This document shows positions 38,820 through 48,032 of a stretch of 64,000 bases of DNA, piece by piece. The notes under the pieces are model-generated. The model did not search any database. It worked only from the letters and a program-made list of their open reading frames with translations, and was not told where the DNA came from. The DNA is from Chloroflexota bacterium (GTDB taxonomy: Bacteria > Chloroflexota > Dehalococcoidia > Lucifugimonadales > JADFKI01), in the NCBI GenBank assembly GCA_027623195.1, contig JAQBUT010000001.1, positions 126,752-190,751 of the forward strand. The letters are read 5' to 3'. Position numbers and translations under genes: made by a program. How positions within the stretch are numbered: the stretch's first letter is position 1; every line of letters begins with the position of its first letter.

Positions 38820-41006
38820 TTGCAAAAACTTAAATCTAAGTGGACCTATCTTACCGCCGGGGCAACCTTGATTTTGGCGCTATCCTTGGCCGTCGCGGTT
38901 CTCTGGATTCCCGGCGCGGCCCTCGCCGGGAATGCTTCGGCCCCCTCGCCGGTTGTTAGTGAATCGATCATTGACTATTCACTATTGGCATCACCATCGG
39001 TCGGAAGGCCGTCGCCCACCTATGACCCGATAATTGAAGCGGCAATGAGTAGCATTGGCAGGGAAATCTCAGCCTCAAGCCCCGAGATTATCTCCTCTGC
39101 CATATTTGGGCTCCGCTCATTGCTTGCGTTCTTTGCCACTCTGCTAGCGTTGGCGGTAGTCACTTTCACGGTGTTGTTCGTTCGAAAAGACTCGCCCGCG
39201 ATACCTCTCATCGCTCCGGAGACGGCTCCCACAGGAGTGCCAACCTCGGACCCGAATGCGGCGCCTACCCCTCGGGTGGCGGTACAGCAGACCGACAGAG
39301 GCCCCATACCTGTAAGCGTAATAGAGGTTCCCAGAACGACTCCGGCCAACCCGGCCAAAGCCGTACAGGCCCCTGCCATACATACCTTTTCGGTGGGTTC
39401 CAACCCATCGTCTTTGGCCTTTGACGGCGATGGCATATGGGTGGCCAACCAGAACGACGACTCTATTTCCAAGTACAGCCTAGACGGCGAACTAATCAGC
39501 ACAAACCAGCTTCGCCTCTATCCGATTACCGTCGCCTCCGATGGGGAATCCGTTTGGGTAGGCACCTACTTTGCCGTATTCAAGATCGGCCCGGGGGACG
39601 CATTCTCGGCAGTGCCCGTCGAAATTCGAAGACCCACAGCCATGCTTTACGCCGGCGAGTACATATGGCTTGCCAACAGTGGCCGGGATACCGTTCTGCG
39701 TATCGGAGTCGACAGCCTGGAGACAGAAGTCATATCGGTAGGTAAAAGGCCGATGGCGTTGGCCACCGATGGTGAGTTCGTCTACGTGGCCAACAACGAA
39801 GGTAACACGGTGTCCAAGTTGTCCATGGACGGCCAGGTTGTTGGAACCTTCGCGGCCGGGAACGGCCCACGGGGTATTGCAGCGGGCGGGGATCATATTT
39901 GGGTGACGAATGCTCTGGATGGTACCGTGTCCAAGCTCAACCAAGCGGGCGAAACTGTGGGCACCTACCAGACCGGAACTCTCCCGGCCGATATCGTTTT
40001 CACGGGGGACTCGCTCTGGATATCCAACCGCACCGACCGAACGGTGTCCAGGCACGGCCTCGACGGCGAGCACATGGGAACCTTCCCTCTGGGCATGACC
40101 CCAGCGGCTTTGACGTTCGACGGCTCCTCCGTTTGGGTGGCCCATCCAAGCGACTCGAAAATATCCCGGCTGACCATGGATGAATCCACCTTATCTACGT
40201 TCCGTGTTGGCGATGCTCCTGAACCAATCATCTTTGACGGCGACAATATCTGGATAGGCAATGCTCAGAGCCATACCGTAACGAAGATGACTGAGGGCGG
40301 GGAGACGATTGGCACCTACGATGCCGGAGGACGCGAGCCCAACGGGCTGGTGTTTGACGGTACGGCGATATGGACCGCCAACCAGTATGATCACACGTCC
40401 ACAAGGCTGAGCATGGACGGCGAGATACTGGACACCGTCCCAGTGGCCTCGTTGCCCCGCACAGTTGTGTTCGACGGCACCAACATCTGGTCTTCGGGAT
40501 GTTGGGAGGAATTCCTGTACCGGCATGACAAGGAAGGCGAACCTCTCGAAAAGGTGCCGACCGACGGTAACGGTCCCATCGCCCTTTTCTTTGACGGAGA
40601 GTCCATTTGGTCGGCCAACGCGCATAGCGATTCCGTTTCCAAATTCACCCTCAGCGGAGAACTCGTGGGGTCTTTCGACGTGGGGGATGTTCCTATCGCT
40701 TTTGCCGATGACGGGGAACACATGTGGGTGGCTAACTGGCGAGACGACAGTGTAAGCAAACTCACTCGCGATGGCGAAGTTCTCGGAACCTATCCTGTAG
40801 GCAGGCTCCCGTACGGGCTCACGTTCGACGGCAAGAACGTTTGGGTGGCTAACAGCCAGGATGGTACCGTATCCCAGCTGGCTGACAATGGCGACATCAT
40901 TGCTACATACCCGGTCGGTGCGGCCCCGGCGAAAATCATTGCCGTCAATGGCTCCATTTGGGTAACGAATTCCAGCGACGATACCGTCGCCAAGCTGACT
41001 CCCTAG
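38820..41006 (+). CDS. Membrane-anchored double beta-propeller protein (YVTN/YncE-like)
   Basis: Two hydrophobic segments, a Pro-rich linker and 14 repeats of about 39 aa (PxxxxFDGxxIWVAN...SKL...G). Confidence 0.85.
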   Translation: MQKLKSKWTYLTAGATLILALSLAVAVLWIPGAALAGNASAPSPVVSESIIDYSLLASPSVGRPSPTYDPIIEAAMSSIGREISASSPEIISSAIFGLRSLLAFFATLLALAVVTFTVLFVRKDSPAIPLIAPETAPTGVPTSDPNAAPTPRVAVQQTDRGPIPVSVIEVPRTTPANPAKAVQAPAIHTFSVGSNPSSLAFDGDGIWVANQNDDSISKYSLDGELISTNQLRLYPITVASDGESVWVGTYFAVFKIGPGDAFSAVPVEIRRPTAMLYAGEYIWLANSGRDTVLRIGVDSLETEVISVGKRPMALATDGEFVYVANNEGNTVSKLSMDGQVVGTFAAGNGPRGIAAGGDHIWVTNALDGTVSKLNQAGETVGTYQTGTLPADIVFTGDSLWISNRTDRTVSRHGLDGEHMGTFPLGMTPAALTFDGSSVWVAHPSDSKISRLTMDESTLSTFRVGDAPEPIIFDGDNIWIGNAQSHTVTKMTEGGETIGTYDAGGREPNGLVFDGTAIWTANQYDHTSTRLSMDGEILDTVPVASLPRTVVFDGTNIWSSGCWEEFLYRHDKEGEPLEKVPTDGNGPIALFFDGESIWSANAHSDSVSKFTLSGELVGSFDVGDVPIAFADDGEHMWVANWRDDSVSKLTRDGEVLGTYPVGRLPYGLTFDGKNVWVANSQDGTVSQLADNGDIIATYPVGAAPAKIIAVNGSIWVTNSSDDTVAKLTP

Positions 41007-41084
41007 GTCGGCCAAACGGGTACGGGATGATTGGGGATGTTAACCTTTAATATGAATTCAACACGTAAATATTGTGAATAGATA

Positions 41085-41867
41085 ATGGAACTTTCTGCCA
41101 ATCCCAGTTGGGTGGAAGTATACGATTCCACCTGCTCGGACATCACAGACGACATACCCTTTTATGTAGATTTAGCCAGAAACGCCGGAGGGCCTGTCCT
41201 GGAGTTGGGATGCGGCACGGGGCGGATAACGATTCCACTAGCTGAAGCGGGCATCAATGTTGTAGGCGTAGATCCCTCGTCCGAAATGCTAGACGTCGCC
41301 CGCCGCAAAGTCCAAAGTCTCCATGAAAGCAGTGGCTCGGTCACTCTGGTACAGGCAGCGTTAAACGATTTCGCCCACGACGTTGGCCAGCGATTCAAGC
41401 TCATATTGATCCCTTATTCGGGATTCATGTCGCTGCTAACCGTGGAAGACCAAGAGCGGACCCTCAGAAGCATATTCCGCAGCCTGGAACCTGGAGGGCG
41501 AGTCGCCTTTGATGTGGCCGTGCCTGAACTTGATACCTTGGCGCAGGATGGTGACGTAGCCTACCACCTGAGGGATGCCACAGACCTGTACACGGGAACG
41601 AATTACGTCATCTGGCGCCAGGGAAGCTACGATGAGTTCGACCAGGTAGAGAAGGTGCGGACTATCGTAGAAGAGCTGGACGGGGAGGGCGCCGTTCACC
41701 GACGTATTCTTAACGATTCGCAGATTCGCTACGCCTTCAGGTGGGAATTGCAGCATCTCCTCATCCTCTCGGGATTCCAGGTTCTCGATCTATTTGGCGA
41801 CTTCGACCGATCGCCATATGATAGAGACTGCTCTGACATGATCTGGATCGCAGGGGCGCGATCCTAG
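41085..41867 (+). CDS. Class I SAM-dependent methyltransferase
   Basis: DIPFY, VLELGCGTGR, LEPGG, FGDFD. Confidence 0.9.
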   Translation: MELSANPSWVEVYDSTCSDITDDIPFYVDLARNAGGPVLELGCGTGRITIPLAEAGINVVGVDPSSEMLDVARRKVQSLHESSGSVTLVQAALNDFAHDVGQRFKLILIPYSGFMSLLTVEDQERTLRSIFRSLEPGGRVAFDVAVPELDTLAQDGDVAYHLRDATDLYTGTNYVIWRQGSYDEFDQVEKVRTIVEELDGEGAVHRRILNDSQIRYAFRWELQHLLILSGFQVLDLFGDFDRSPYDRDCSDMIWIAGARS

Positions 41868-41893
41868 AAAATAAAACCTGAGCTATCTGGATG

Positions 41894-42739
41894 TTATGGA
41901 AGGATAGCTGAAGACAAGAAATCAAGGGCCAGCGAATTGAACTCGCTGGCCCTTTCCATATGAGGCCAGCGGCCGCAATCGGCGAATACTTCTAGCCTGG
42001 CTGTCGGCACTAGCTTCGATGCGCGGTAGGCATGAGACACCGGGAACATCCTGTCCTGGTCCCCCCACACCAGCATGATGGGTATTCCTAATTCGCCCAA
42101 CCTATCGGTCAGAATGTAGTCGTCCCGAACACCTCCAAAATTAACGGTGTTCCGGAGAGTCCTTACGACGGCCTCCTTGGCTCCGGGCAAACTGCGCGTG
42201 CGGTGCAACTCGTCCACCATATCTTGAGTGGCCAGGGAACGATCCGAGAACACGCTTTGAAGCATCTGCCTGGTCCCGCCAAGACGATGCGACTGCAGAA
42301 CGTTGCCAACTAACGGCATAGACAGGAATTTTATGTATGGCGGCACCTCTTTGCCCAATCCTGAACTTCCCAATATTACCAGCCTGGAAACCAGGTCGGG
42401 AAACCTGATAGCCATCATCATACCCAGCGCACCGCCAGCGGAATTGCCTATGACAGCAGCGTTCTTCAGGCCTAGTTTTTCTGCTGCCTTACCCATGATG
42501 TTGGCGACGTCCCACGGGTAGTAACCGACGTCCGGCTTATCGGGGTCCACGTGACCCAGCGCGTCGAATGCGAATACCCGGTGGTTACTGGATAGCGCGG
42601 CCATGTTGTCCCGCCAAGTGAACACGGCTGATGCCAACCCGTGGTAAAGCAGCACAGGAGAACCCTGTCCAGCTTCCACGTAATGCAGTTTCATTCCGTC
42701 AACTGTAACGTGCCGCCACGTTCCTGTTAGTCCGTGCAT
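41894..42739 (-). CDS. Alpha/beta fold hydrolase (catalytic His apparently substituted)
   Basis: HG oxyanion motif, GNSAGG, WGDQD, CGRWPH. Confidence 0.82.
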   Translation of the reverse strand: MHGLTGTWRHVTVDGMKLHYVEAGQGSPVLLYHGLASAVFTWRDNMAALSSNHRVFAFDALGHVDPDKPDVGYYPWDVANIMGKAAEKLGLKNAAVIGNSAGGALGMMMAIRFPDLVSRLVILGSSGLGKEVPPYIKFLSMPLVGNVLQSHRLGGTRQMLQSVFSDRSLATQDMVDELHRTRSLPGAKEAVVRTLRNTVNFGGVRDDYILTDRLGELGIPIMLVWGDQDRMFPVSHAYRASKLVPTARLEVFADCGRWPHMERASEFNSLALDFLSSAILP

Positions 42740-42852
42740 ATTCCCAAACCAAGGCCCCCAAAAAGATGTCGCTCAACTATGGTGGTCTTCAAAGAGCATT
42801 GTGGGGTTCAAGAGGTAAAATTTATGCGTGGCGGACCAGTTGTAGGCGTTAT

Positions 42853-43914
42853 TTAAGCACGAGCGGAATTGGCTCTTCGATCCATCTCATGCCATTCAAT
42901 GAGACCGTTAATCCCATTGGCCACACTGATGCGGGGTCTGTAGCCTAGATCGCGTCTAGCCGCGCTAATGTCCAAGGTCTGCGAAAACCCAAATATACCG
43001 GCCAGGTTACGAGTAAGAGGGGGTTCGCCGGACTTATGGCATAGCCTCCAAGTCCACTCCATGGACCTGCCAATTTTCATAGCTTTGGATATGCTTAATG
43101 ACCGCGTAGTCCTGGGAACGTCCAACCCCTCCAGAAGATCGCCAAGCACGTCCCATGTCCGAAGATCCTCTCCGCCGGTAATAAAGTAAGTGTTCCCTAC
43201 GGCCTCCGGTTTATCCATGGCCAGGCGGATAGACTGAATTACGTCATGTATGTGAGTAAAGTTGGACAGGGCGGTGCCGTCCCCGATTATCCGCAAGTGT
43301 CCATTAAGGGCCGCGTCCATGATTTTCGGGAACAGATTGCTGTCCCCGGGCCCATAGAGCGCTTTCGGCCTCAATATCACAGTTTCGAGGGCGTTAGGGT
43401 CGACGCCCCTTACGCTTTCTTCAGCTATCCATTTTGACCTGGCGTATTCCGAGACAAACGAACTGGGCGCAGGTTCGCTTTCATTCAGGTTTATCTGGTG
43501 CGCGAATCGAGAGACAACGCAGGGTGTTGAGATGTGAACCAGGCGTTGAACAGAATTATTAATGCAGGCGTCTATGACATTATTCGTGCCGACAACGTTG
43601 GCCAACGTAAAGTCTTTTCTTCGACCCCAATGGGCCTCTAGCCCGCCACAGTGCACAACTACATCAACACCACGCATCGCTTCATTAATGGCAGTGGAAT
43701 CTGCTGGCTCCAACCTGCGAAAATCCGCCCCAAAAGCTATAAGGCTGTGTCCTTTGTCCCGGTTTCGACCGATTCCAATCACATCGAAGCCGCGGACTAT
43801 GAGGTCACGAGCTAAGACGCCACCTAGAAACCCGGTGGCTCCAGTCACCATTACCTTACGCTTCGGAGCGTAGTTGATTGCATCCTGCGGTCCGTGAATT
43901 TTGTATTTAGCCAT
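42853..43914 (-). CDS. NAD-dependent epimerase/dehydratase (3-beta-HSD/OleD-like extended SDR)
   Basis: TGATGFLG, NVVGT, YARSK, LRP..LYGPGD. Confidence 0.88.
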   Translation of the reverse strand: MAKYKIHGPQDAINYAPKRKVMVTGATGFLGGVLARDLIVRGFDVIGIGRNRDKGHSLIAFGADFRRLEPADSTAINEAMRGVDVVVHCGGLEAHWGRRKDFTLANVVGTNNVIDACINNSVQRLVHISTPCVVSRFAHQINLNESEPAPSSFVSEYARSKWIAEESVRGVDPNALETVILRPKALYGPGDSNLFPKIMDAALNGHLRIIGDGTALSNFTHIHDVIQSIRLAMDKPEAVGNTYFITGGEDLRTWDVLGDLLEGLDVPRTTRSLSISKAMKIGRSMEWTWRLCHKSGEPPLTRNLAGIFGFSQTLDISAARRDLGYRPRISVANGINGLIEWHEMDRRANSARA

Positions 43915-44048
43915 GAATAAATGTTCGCCTTAAGTTATCCATTAGTTTCATACTTTACGTTTGCCCGCATTAGCGTACAAGAATTGGCACGTACTCACAG
44001 AGGCACAACCAATTTCGAGTGTACCAACGCGAGGTATCAGCCATGAAG

Positions 44049-44798
44049 CTATCGAGCAATGTAGCCGCCGTCTATAACAAGTTCCGTACCCGTAATGAAG
44101 GAGGCGTCGTCCGAAGCCAAAAATAGCACGCCGTTTGCAACTTCAATCGTCTCGCCGGTACGGCGTAGCGGTGTCAGCTCAACTAGCTGATCTCGTATAG
44201 CAGGGTCGGACCTCCACGACGACTGCATTGGAGGCATAAATCCCGGGTGCACAGAGTTTACACGAATGCCCTGGGGACCGTATTTGACGGCCATGGCCTT
44301 GGTGAATATGCGCACCGCGCCCTTGGACGCATGATACGCCGGGTGGCCTCCTTCGCCGCCAACAAAGCCCATTATGGAGGATATGTTAACGATGGAGCCT
44401 CCTCCAGTTTTCAGCATCTCAAGCACCGCGTACTTGGTTCCCAGAAACACGCCTGTGGCGTTAACGTCCATAATTCGCCGCCAACCATCGGTATCCAATG
44501 GGTCTGAGACCAGTCCGCTGCTAAGGCCTGCATTGTTGACCAGTATGTCCAACCTCCCGTAATTGGCCAATGTCTGCTGAACAAGGCCCTGCCAGCTCTC
44601 CTCGCTTGTGACGTCAGTCTTCACGAATGTCGCCTTGCCTCCGGCCTCCGCGATCTGCGCCTCTACTTTTTTGCCTTCTTCCTCATTCATGTCGGCCACC
44701 ACGACGCTGGCGCCCTCTCGGCCAAACAGTCGGGCCTCCTCGGCGCCCATGCCTCGGGCCGCTCCCGAGATAATCGCCACCTTATTAACTAGTCTCAT
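44049..44798 (-). CDS. Short-chain dehydrogenase/reductase
   Basis: GAARGMG, NNAG, YHASK, VIDGG. Confidence 0.93.
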   Translation of the reverse strand: MRLVNKVAIISGAARGMGAEEARLFGREGASVVVADMNEEEGKKVEAQIAEAGGKATFVKTDVTSEESWQGLVQQTLANYGRLDILVNNAGLSSGLVSDPLDTDGWRRIMDVNATGVFLGTKYAVLEMLKTGGGSIVNISSIMGFVGGEGGHPAYHASKGAVRIFTKAMAVKYGPQGIRVNSVHPGFMPPMQSSWRSDPAIRDQLVELTPLRRTGETIEVANGVLFLASDDASFITGTELVIDGGYIAR

Positions 44799-45203
44799 TA
44801 AAACGTCTCCTGACAGGGATTTACCCCCATAAAGGCGTTCGCCTTCCTAGCTATAGGGGATTGTTTCATTTTCCCCCCATTTTGGCCCATGCGACCCTCC
44901 GTTGTCCACCAAGGCCACCGGCACGCCTAAAAAGCAGCTTTATGCATCCAGATGGCGGGCCTTCACAGATCAACGTAAATATTAAATTCTATCCATTTTT
45001 CGCTCCGAATATCGCGAACTGCTAAGTGTTCTGCGGGGACTTCAGATTGTTTATTCACAAAAAAGGTGCTAAGGTATTCAGGCGTTATTCTTCGCCTGTC
45101 GATGAGATACGCCCAATACTTTATGGGCGTTCCGCGCCGGTACACCGGCATAAACCTAATTCAACGACAACGGCGTCAACCTGCGCGCTATGAGAGTTCA
45201 TTA

Positions 45204-45524
45204 ATGAAGTTGGTTATCCTCGCAATATTCGCCGCTATTGTAATGGCGGCATGCTTACCGGACGTGGCAACAGAGTTGTCGGAAAAAGAGGCCAGGGCGC
45301 TTATCGAACGAGAGGTGCTCAATATCTGCGAGGGCAGAAGCACCAACTACATTGGGAACGTGTTGGATTCCGTTGATCGGTCCCAGGCCATAACCACGCG
45401 AGATTGGTGGATATTCCAGATACCATTGGCAGGCTCCGAAGACCCAAAGGAAGCCCTTGTATTCCCCTCCAAGATTGTCTCCGGGCCGTTCATAGTGGAG
45501 CTTGAAACTCGAACCTGCGGTTGA
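45204..45524 (+). CDS. Small hypothetical lipoprotein
   Basis: MKLVILAIFAAIVMAAC signal peptide/lipobox; followed by a terminator. Confidence 0.65.
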   Translation: MKLVILAIFAAIVMAACLPDVATELSEKEARALIEREVLNICEGRSTNYIGNVLDSVDRSQAITTRDWWIFQIPLAGSEDPKEALVFPSKIVSGPFIVELETRTCG

Positions 45525-45539
45525 CATTACTTCTGATCG

Positions 45540-45592
45540 ACTAAAAAGGCATCGGCCCATCTTAATCCCTGACGAGCCGATGCCTTTTTAGT
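45540..45592. terminator. Bidirectional terminator-like inverted repeat
   Basis: ACTAAAAAGGCATCGGC...GCCGATGCCTTTTTAGT, 17-bp perfect arms. Confidence 0.75.
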
Positions 45593-45769
45593 TTCCTGCA
45601 GTTCTGGGCCAGACAACGTGTATACCAGAACGCAGAGGTTACTCTGTTTTCCGTTACACTCATCTTCAACAAAAATGTTGGCCCATATCGTACGGAGAAT
45701 CTTTACGTATAAGCGCCGAGTCTATGGGCTAAAGCAACAATGACCTTGTTCCTCAAAGGGGAATACGGA

Positions 45770-45882
45770 AGAAAAATTAAGGGCCTGGACTACAAGCGAC
45801 ACTCATTCGCCGAAGCGACAGGTACTCGTAGGTGTTCAACCCAGGCCCGAAAACTCAGATATGCTTGGCCACACCGTGGATG
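45770..45882 (-). ncRNA. Candidate structured small RNA of unknown family
   Basis: 68-nt interrupted hairpin GGGCCUGG...CCAGGCCC with a C(UUCG)G cap, G-U pairs that work only on the minus strand and a U-rich tail; extended -10 TGGTAATAT just upstream. Confidence 0.35.
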
Positions 45883-45977
45883 GTGCAATATTACCATAGC
45901 GTCGCAGCGGGTGGTAGCATATATTGCACCAGGCCCACCAACAAATTGGGCCCTTAATTAAGGCAAAGGAACAGAAT

Positions 45978-47063
45978 ATGGGCAACACTTTCGGTCACCT
46001 TTTCAGAGCCACGACCTGGGGAGAGTCTCACGGCGACGCAATAGGCGTTGTAGTGGATGGCTGCCCTCCACAAATGCCGTTGCAGGTGGAGGATATCCAG
46101 AAAGAGCTGGATCGCAGGCGTCCCGGCCAGAGCGAGATTTCCACGCAGCGCAAGGAAGGGGACCAGGCCGAGATTCTATCCGGGGTTTTCGAAGGCAAGA
46201 CGCTGGGGACGCCCATCATGATCGGCGTTTGGAATCGGGACGCCCGTAGCAGCGACTACGAGCACATGCGAACTGCTTACCGTCCCTCCCACGCGGACTA
46301 CAGCTACGACGCCAAGTACGGCATCCGCAACTGGATGGGCGGCGGACGTGCCAGCGCCCGGGAGACCATCGGACGAGTGGCGGCGGGGGCAATCGCACGG
46401 AAGTTTCTCGCATTGGAATTTGGGCTGGAGATCGTTGGCTACGTTAAGCAGGTCTGGCAGCTTAAGGCCGAGGTGGACGCAAATACCGTAACCATGGAGG
46501 ACGTAGAGTCCAACATCGCGCGGTGCCCAGACCAGGACATGGCTGTGCAGATGATCGAGCGCATCAAGGAAGCCCGTAAAGACGGCGATTCTTTGGGGGG
46601 TATCGTGGAGTGCGTAGCGCGAAACGTACCGCTGGGACTAGGAGAGCCGGTGTTCGATAAGCTGGAGGCCGACCTGGCAAAAGCAGTGCTTTCCATGCCC
46701 GCGTGTAAAGGGTTCGAGGTGGGCTCCGGATTTGGCGGAGTAATCATGACCGGCTCCCAGCATAACGACCCTTTCTACAGCGAGGGCGGGCGCATACGGA
46801 CTCGGACCAACAACTCAGGCGGCATACAGGGCGGCATAAGCAATGGCGAAAACATTATCATCCGCGCCGCTTTCAAGCCCACAGCCACCATTATGAAGGC
46901 TCAGGAAACAGTTGATGTGGATGGCAACGCCACGGTGATGGAGGGCAGGGGACGTCACGACCCTTGCGTTCTGCCCCGCGCCGTGCCCATCGTTGAGTCG
47001 ATGATGGCGCTGGTACTGGCCGATCATGCGTTACGCCAACGCGGCCAGACTGGCGAGTTTTAA
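45978..47063 (+). CDS. aroC: Chorismate synthase
   Basis: GESHG, RRRPGQ, RPSHAD, RASARET, RHDPCV. Confidence 0.97.
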   Translation: MGNTFGHLFRATTWGESHGDAIGVVVDGCPPQMPLQVEDIQKELDRRRPGQSEISTQRKEGDQAEILSGVFEGKTLGTPIMIGVWNRDARSSDYEHMRTAYRPSHADYSYDAKYGIRNWMGGGRASARETIGRVAAGAIARKFLALEFGLEIVGYVKQVWQLKAEVDANTVTMEDVESNIARCPDQDMAVQMIERIKEARKDGDSLGGIVECVARNVPLGLGEPVFDKLEADLAKAVLSMPACKGFEVGSGFGGVIMTGSQHNDPFYSEGGRIRTRTNNSGGIQGGISNGENIIIRAAFKPTATIMKAQETVDVDGNATVMEGRGRHDPCVLPRAVPIVESMMALVLADHALRQRGQTGEF

Positions 47064-47074
47064 ATGGTCAGCTA

Positions 47075-47174
47075 AACTGACCTGCGCCCTTTGCAGGTCA
47101 GTTGATTTCGTCCAGAATCTTCCCAATGAATCTAAGTAACAAAAACAGGGCGGGCATTAATGCCCGCCCTGTTT
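47075..47174. terminator. Two hairpins between the convergent aroC and SDR genes
   Basis: AACTGACCTGC/GCAGGTCAGTT (47075-47103) and AAACAGGGCGGGCA-TTAA-TGCCCGCCCTGTTT (47143-47174). Confidence 0.75.
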
Positions 47175-47199
47175 AATTCTTAATTGCAAATTGCGTGGG

Positions 47200-47991
47200 C
47201 TAGACTACTGGGGACGCTCCGCCATCTATGTTCACGGATACGCCAGTGATGAAGGCTGCCCGTTCGGATACCAGGAAGGTGATGAGGTCGCCCGCCTCTT
47301 TGGTCTCGCCGACGCGACCCAGGGGAACTCTCTTGCCCATCTCCTCGTACCAGGAGTCCAGCGTCAGGCTAGCGTCTTTCGCGTTGGCTGCCTCCCATCG
47401 GCGCTCGTGCTGCATGCTCTTGATCAGCCCGATGCATACGGTGTTAACCAGGATGTTGTCCTTGGCGTAATCCTTGGACATCTCCTTGGTGAGGGCGATG
47501 CCCGCCGCACGACTTACTGACGTGGGCACGGAAGCCGCCGCCGGGGCTTTTCCCCCTGGCGTGGTGATATTGATGATGCGTCCGCCACCCTGGGCCTTCA
47601 TCAGGGGTATAACCTTATTGGAGCATCGGATAGCACCGAAGACCTTTAGCTCTATGTCGTACTTCCACGTCTCATCAGAGACCGTGTCGAAGACACCTGC
47701 TGCCGAGGTGCCGGCATTGTTCACGAGGATGTCCACACGCCCGTGTGCCTCCACGACCTTGCTGAAAAGGGCGTCTATGTCAGCCGGACTGGTCATATCC
47801 GCCGGCACGGTCATAACGTCGGCTCCTGTGGCGGCTTTAATCTCCTGAGCGGCCTTCTCAAGATTATCCGCTCGCCTGGCGCATATGACTACCTTCACTC
47901 CCTCGTGGGCAAGGCTCATGGCCGCAGCCTTTCCGATTCCATCGCTAGCTCCCGTGATTACGGCGACTTTGCCGCTCAATCCCATATCCAT
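47200..47991 (-). CDS. Short-chain dehydrogenase/reductase (atypical, no YxxxK)
   Basis: TGASDGIG, NNAG, TSVSRAA in place of YxxxK, NIDGG. Confidence 0.9.
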   Translation of the reverse strand: MDMGLSGKVAVITGASDGIGKAAAMSLAHEGVKVVICARRADNLEKAAQEIKAATGADVMTVPADMTSPADIDALFSKVVEAHGRVDILVNNAGTSAAGVFDTVSDETWKYDIELKVFGAIRCSNKVIPLMKAQGGGRIINITTPGGKAPAAASVPTSVSRAAGIALTKEMSKDYAKDNILVNTVCIGLIKSMQHERRWEAANAKDASLTLDSWYEEMGKRVPLGRVGETKEAGDLITFLVSERAAFITGVSVNIDGGASPVV

Positions 47992-48032
47992 GCGTTATAT
48001 CTCCTTATGATTAATTGCTTCCCATACAGGGC

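Noticed and set aside
45051..45059. DnaA-box-like TTATTCACA
   Set aside because: Single copy with no oriC gene context
45516..45536. Lipoprotein ends TGC-GGT-TGA (a possible C-G-U selenoprotein tail)
   Set aside because: Read-through adds only HYF before another TGA, and the downstream hairpin has terminator form rather than SECIS form
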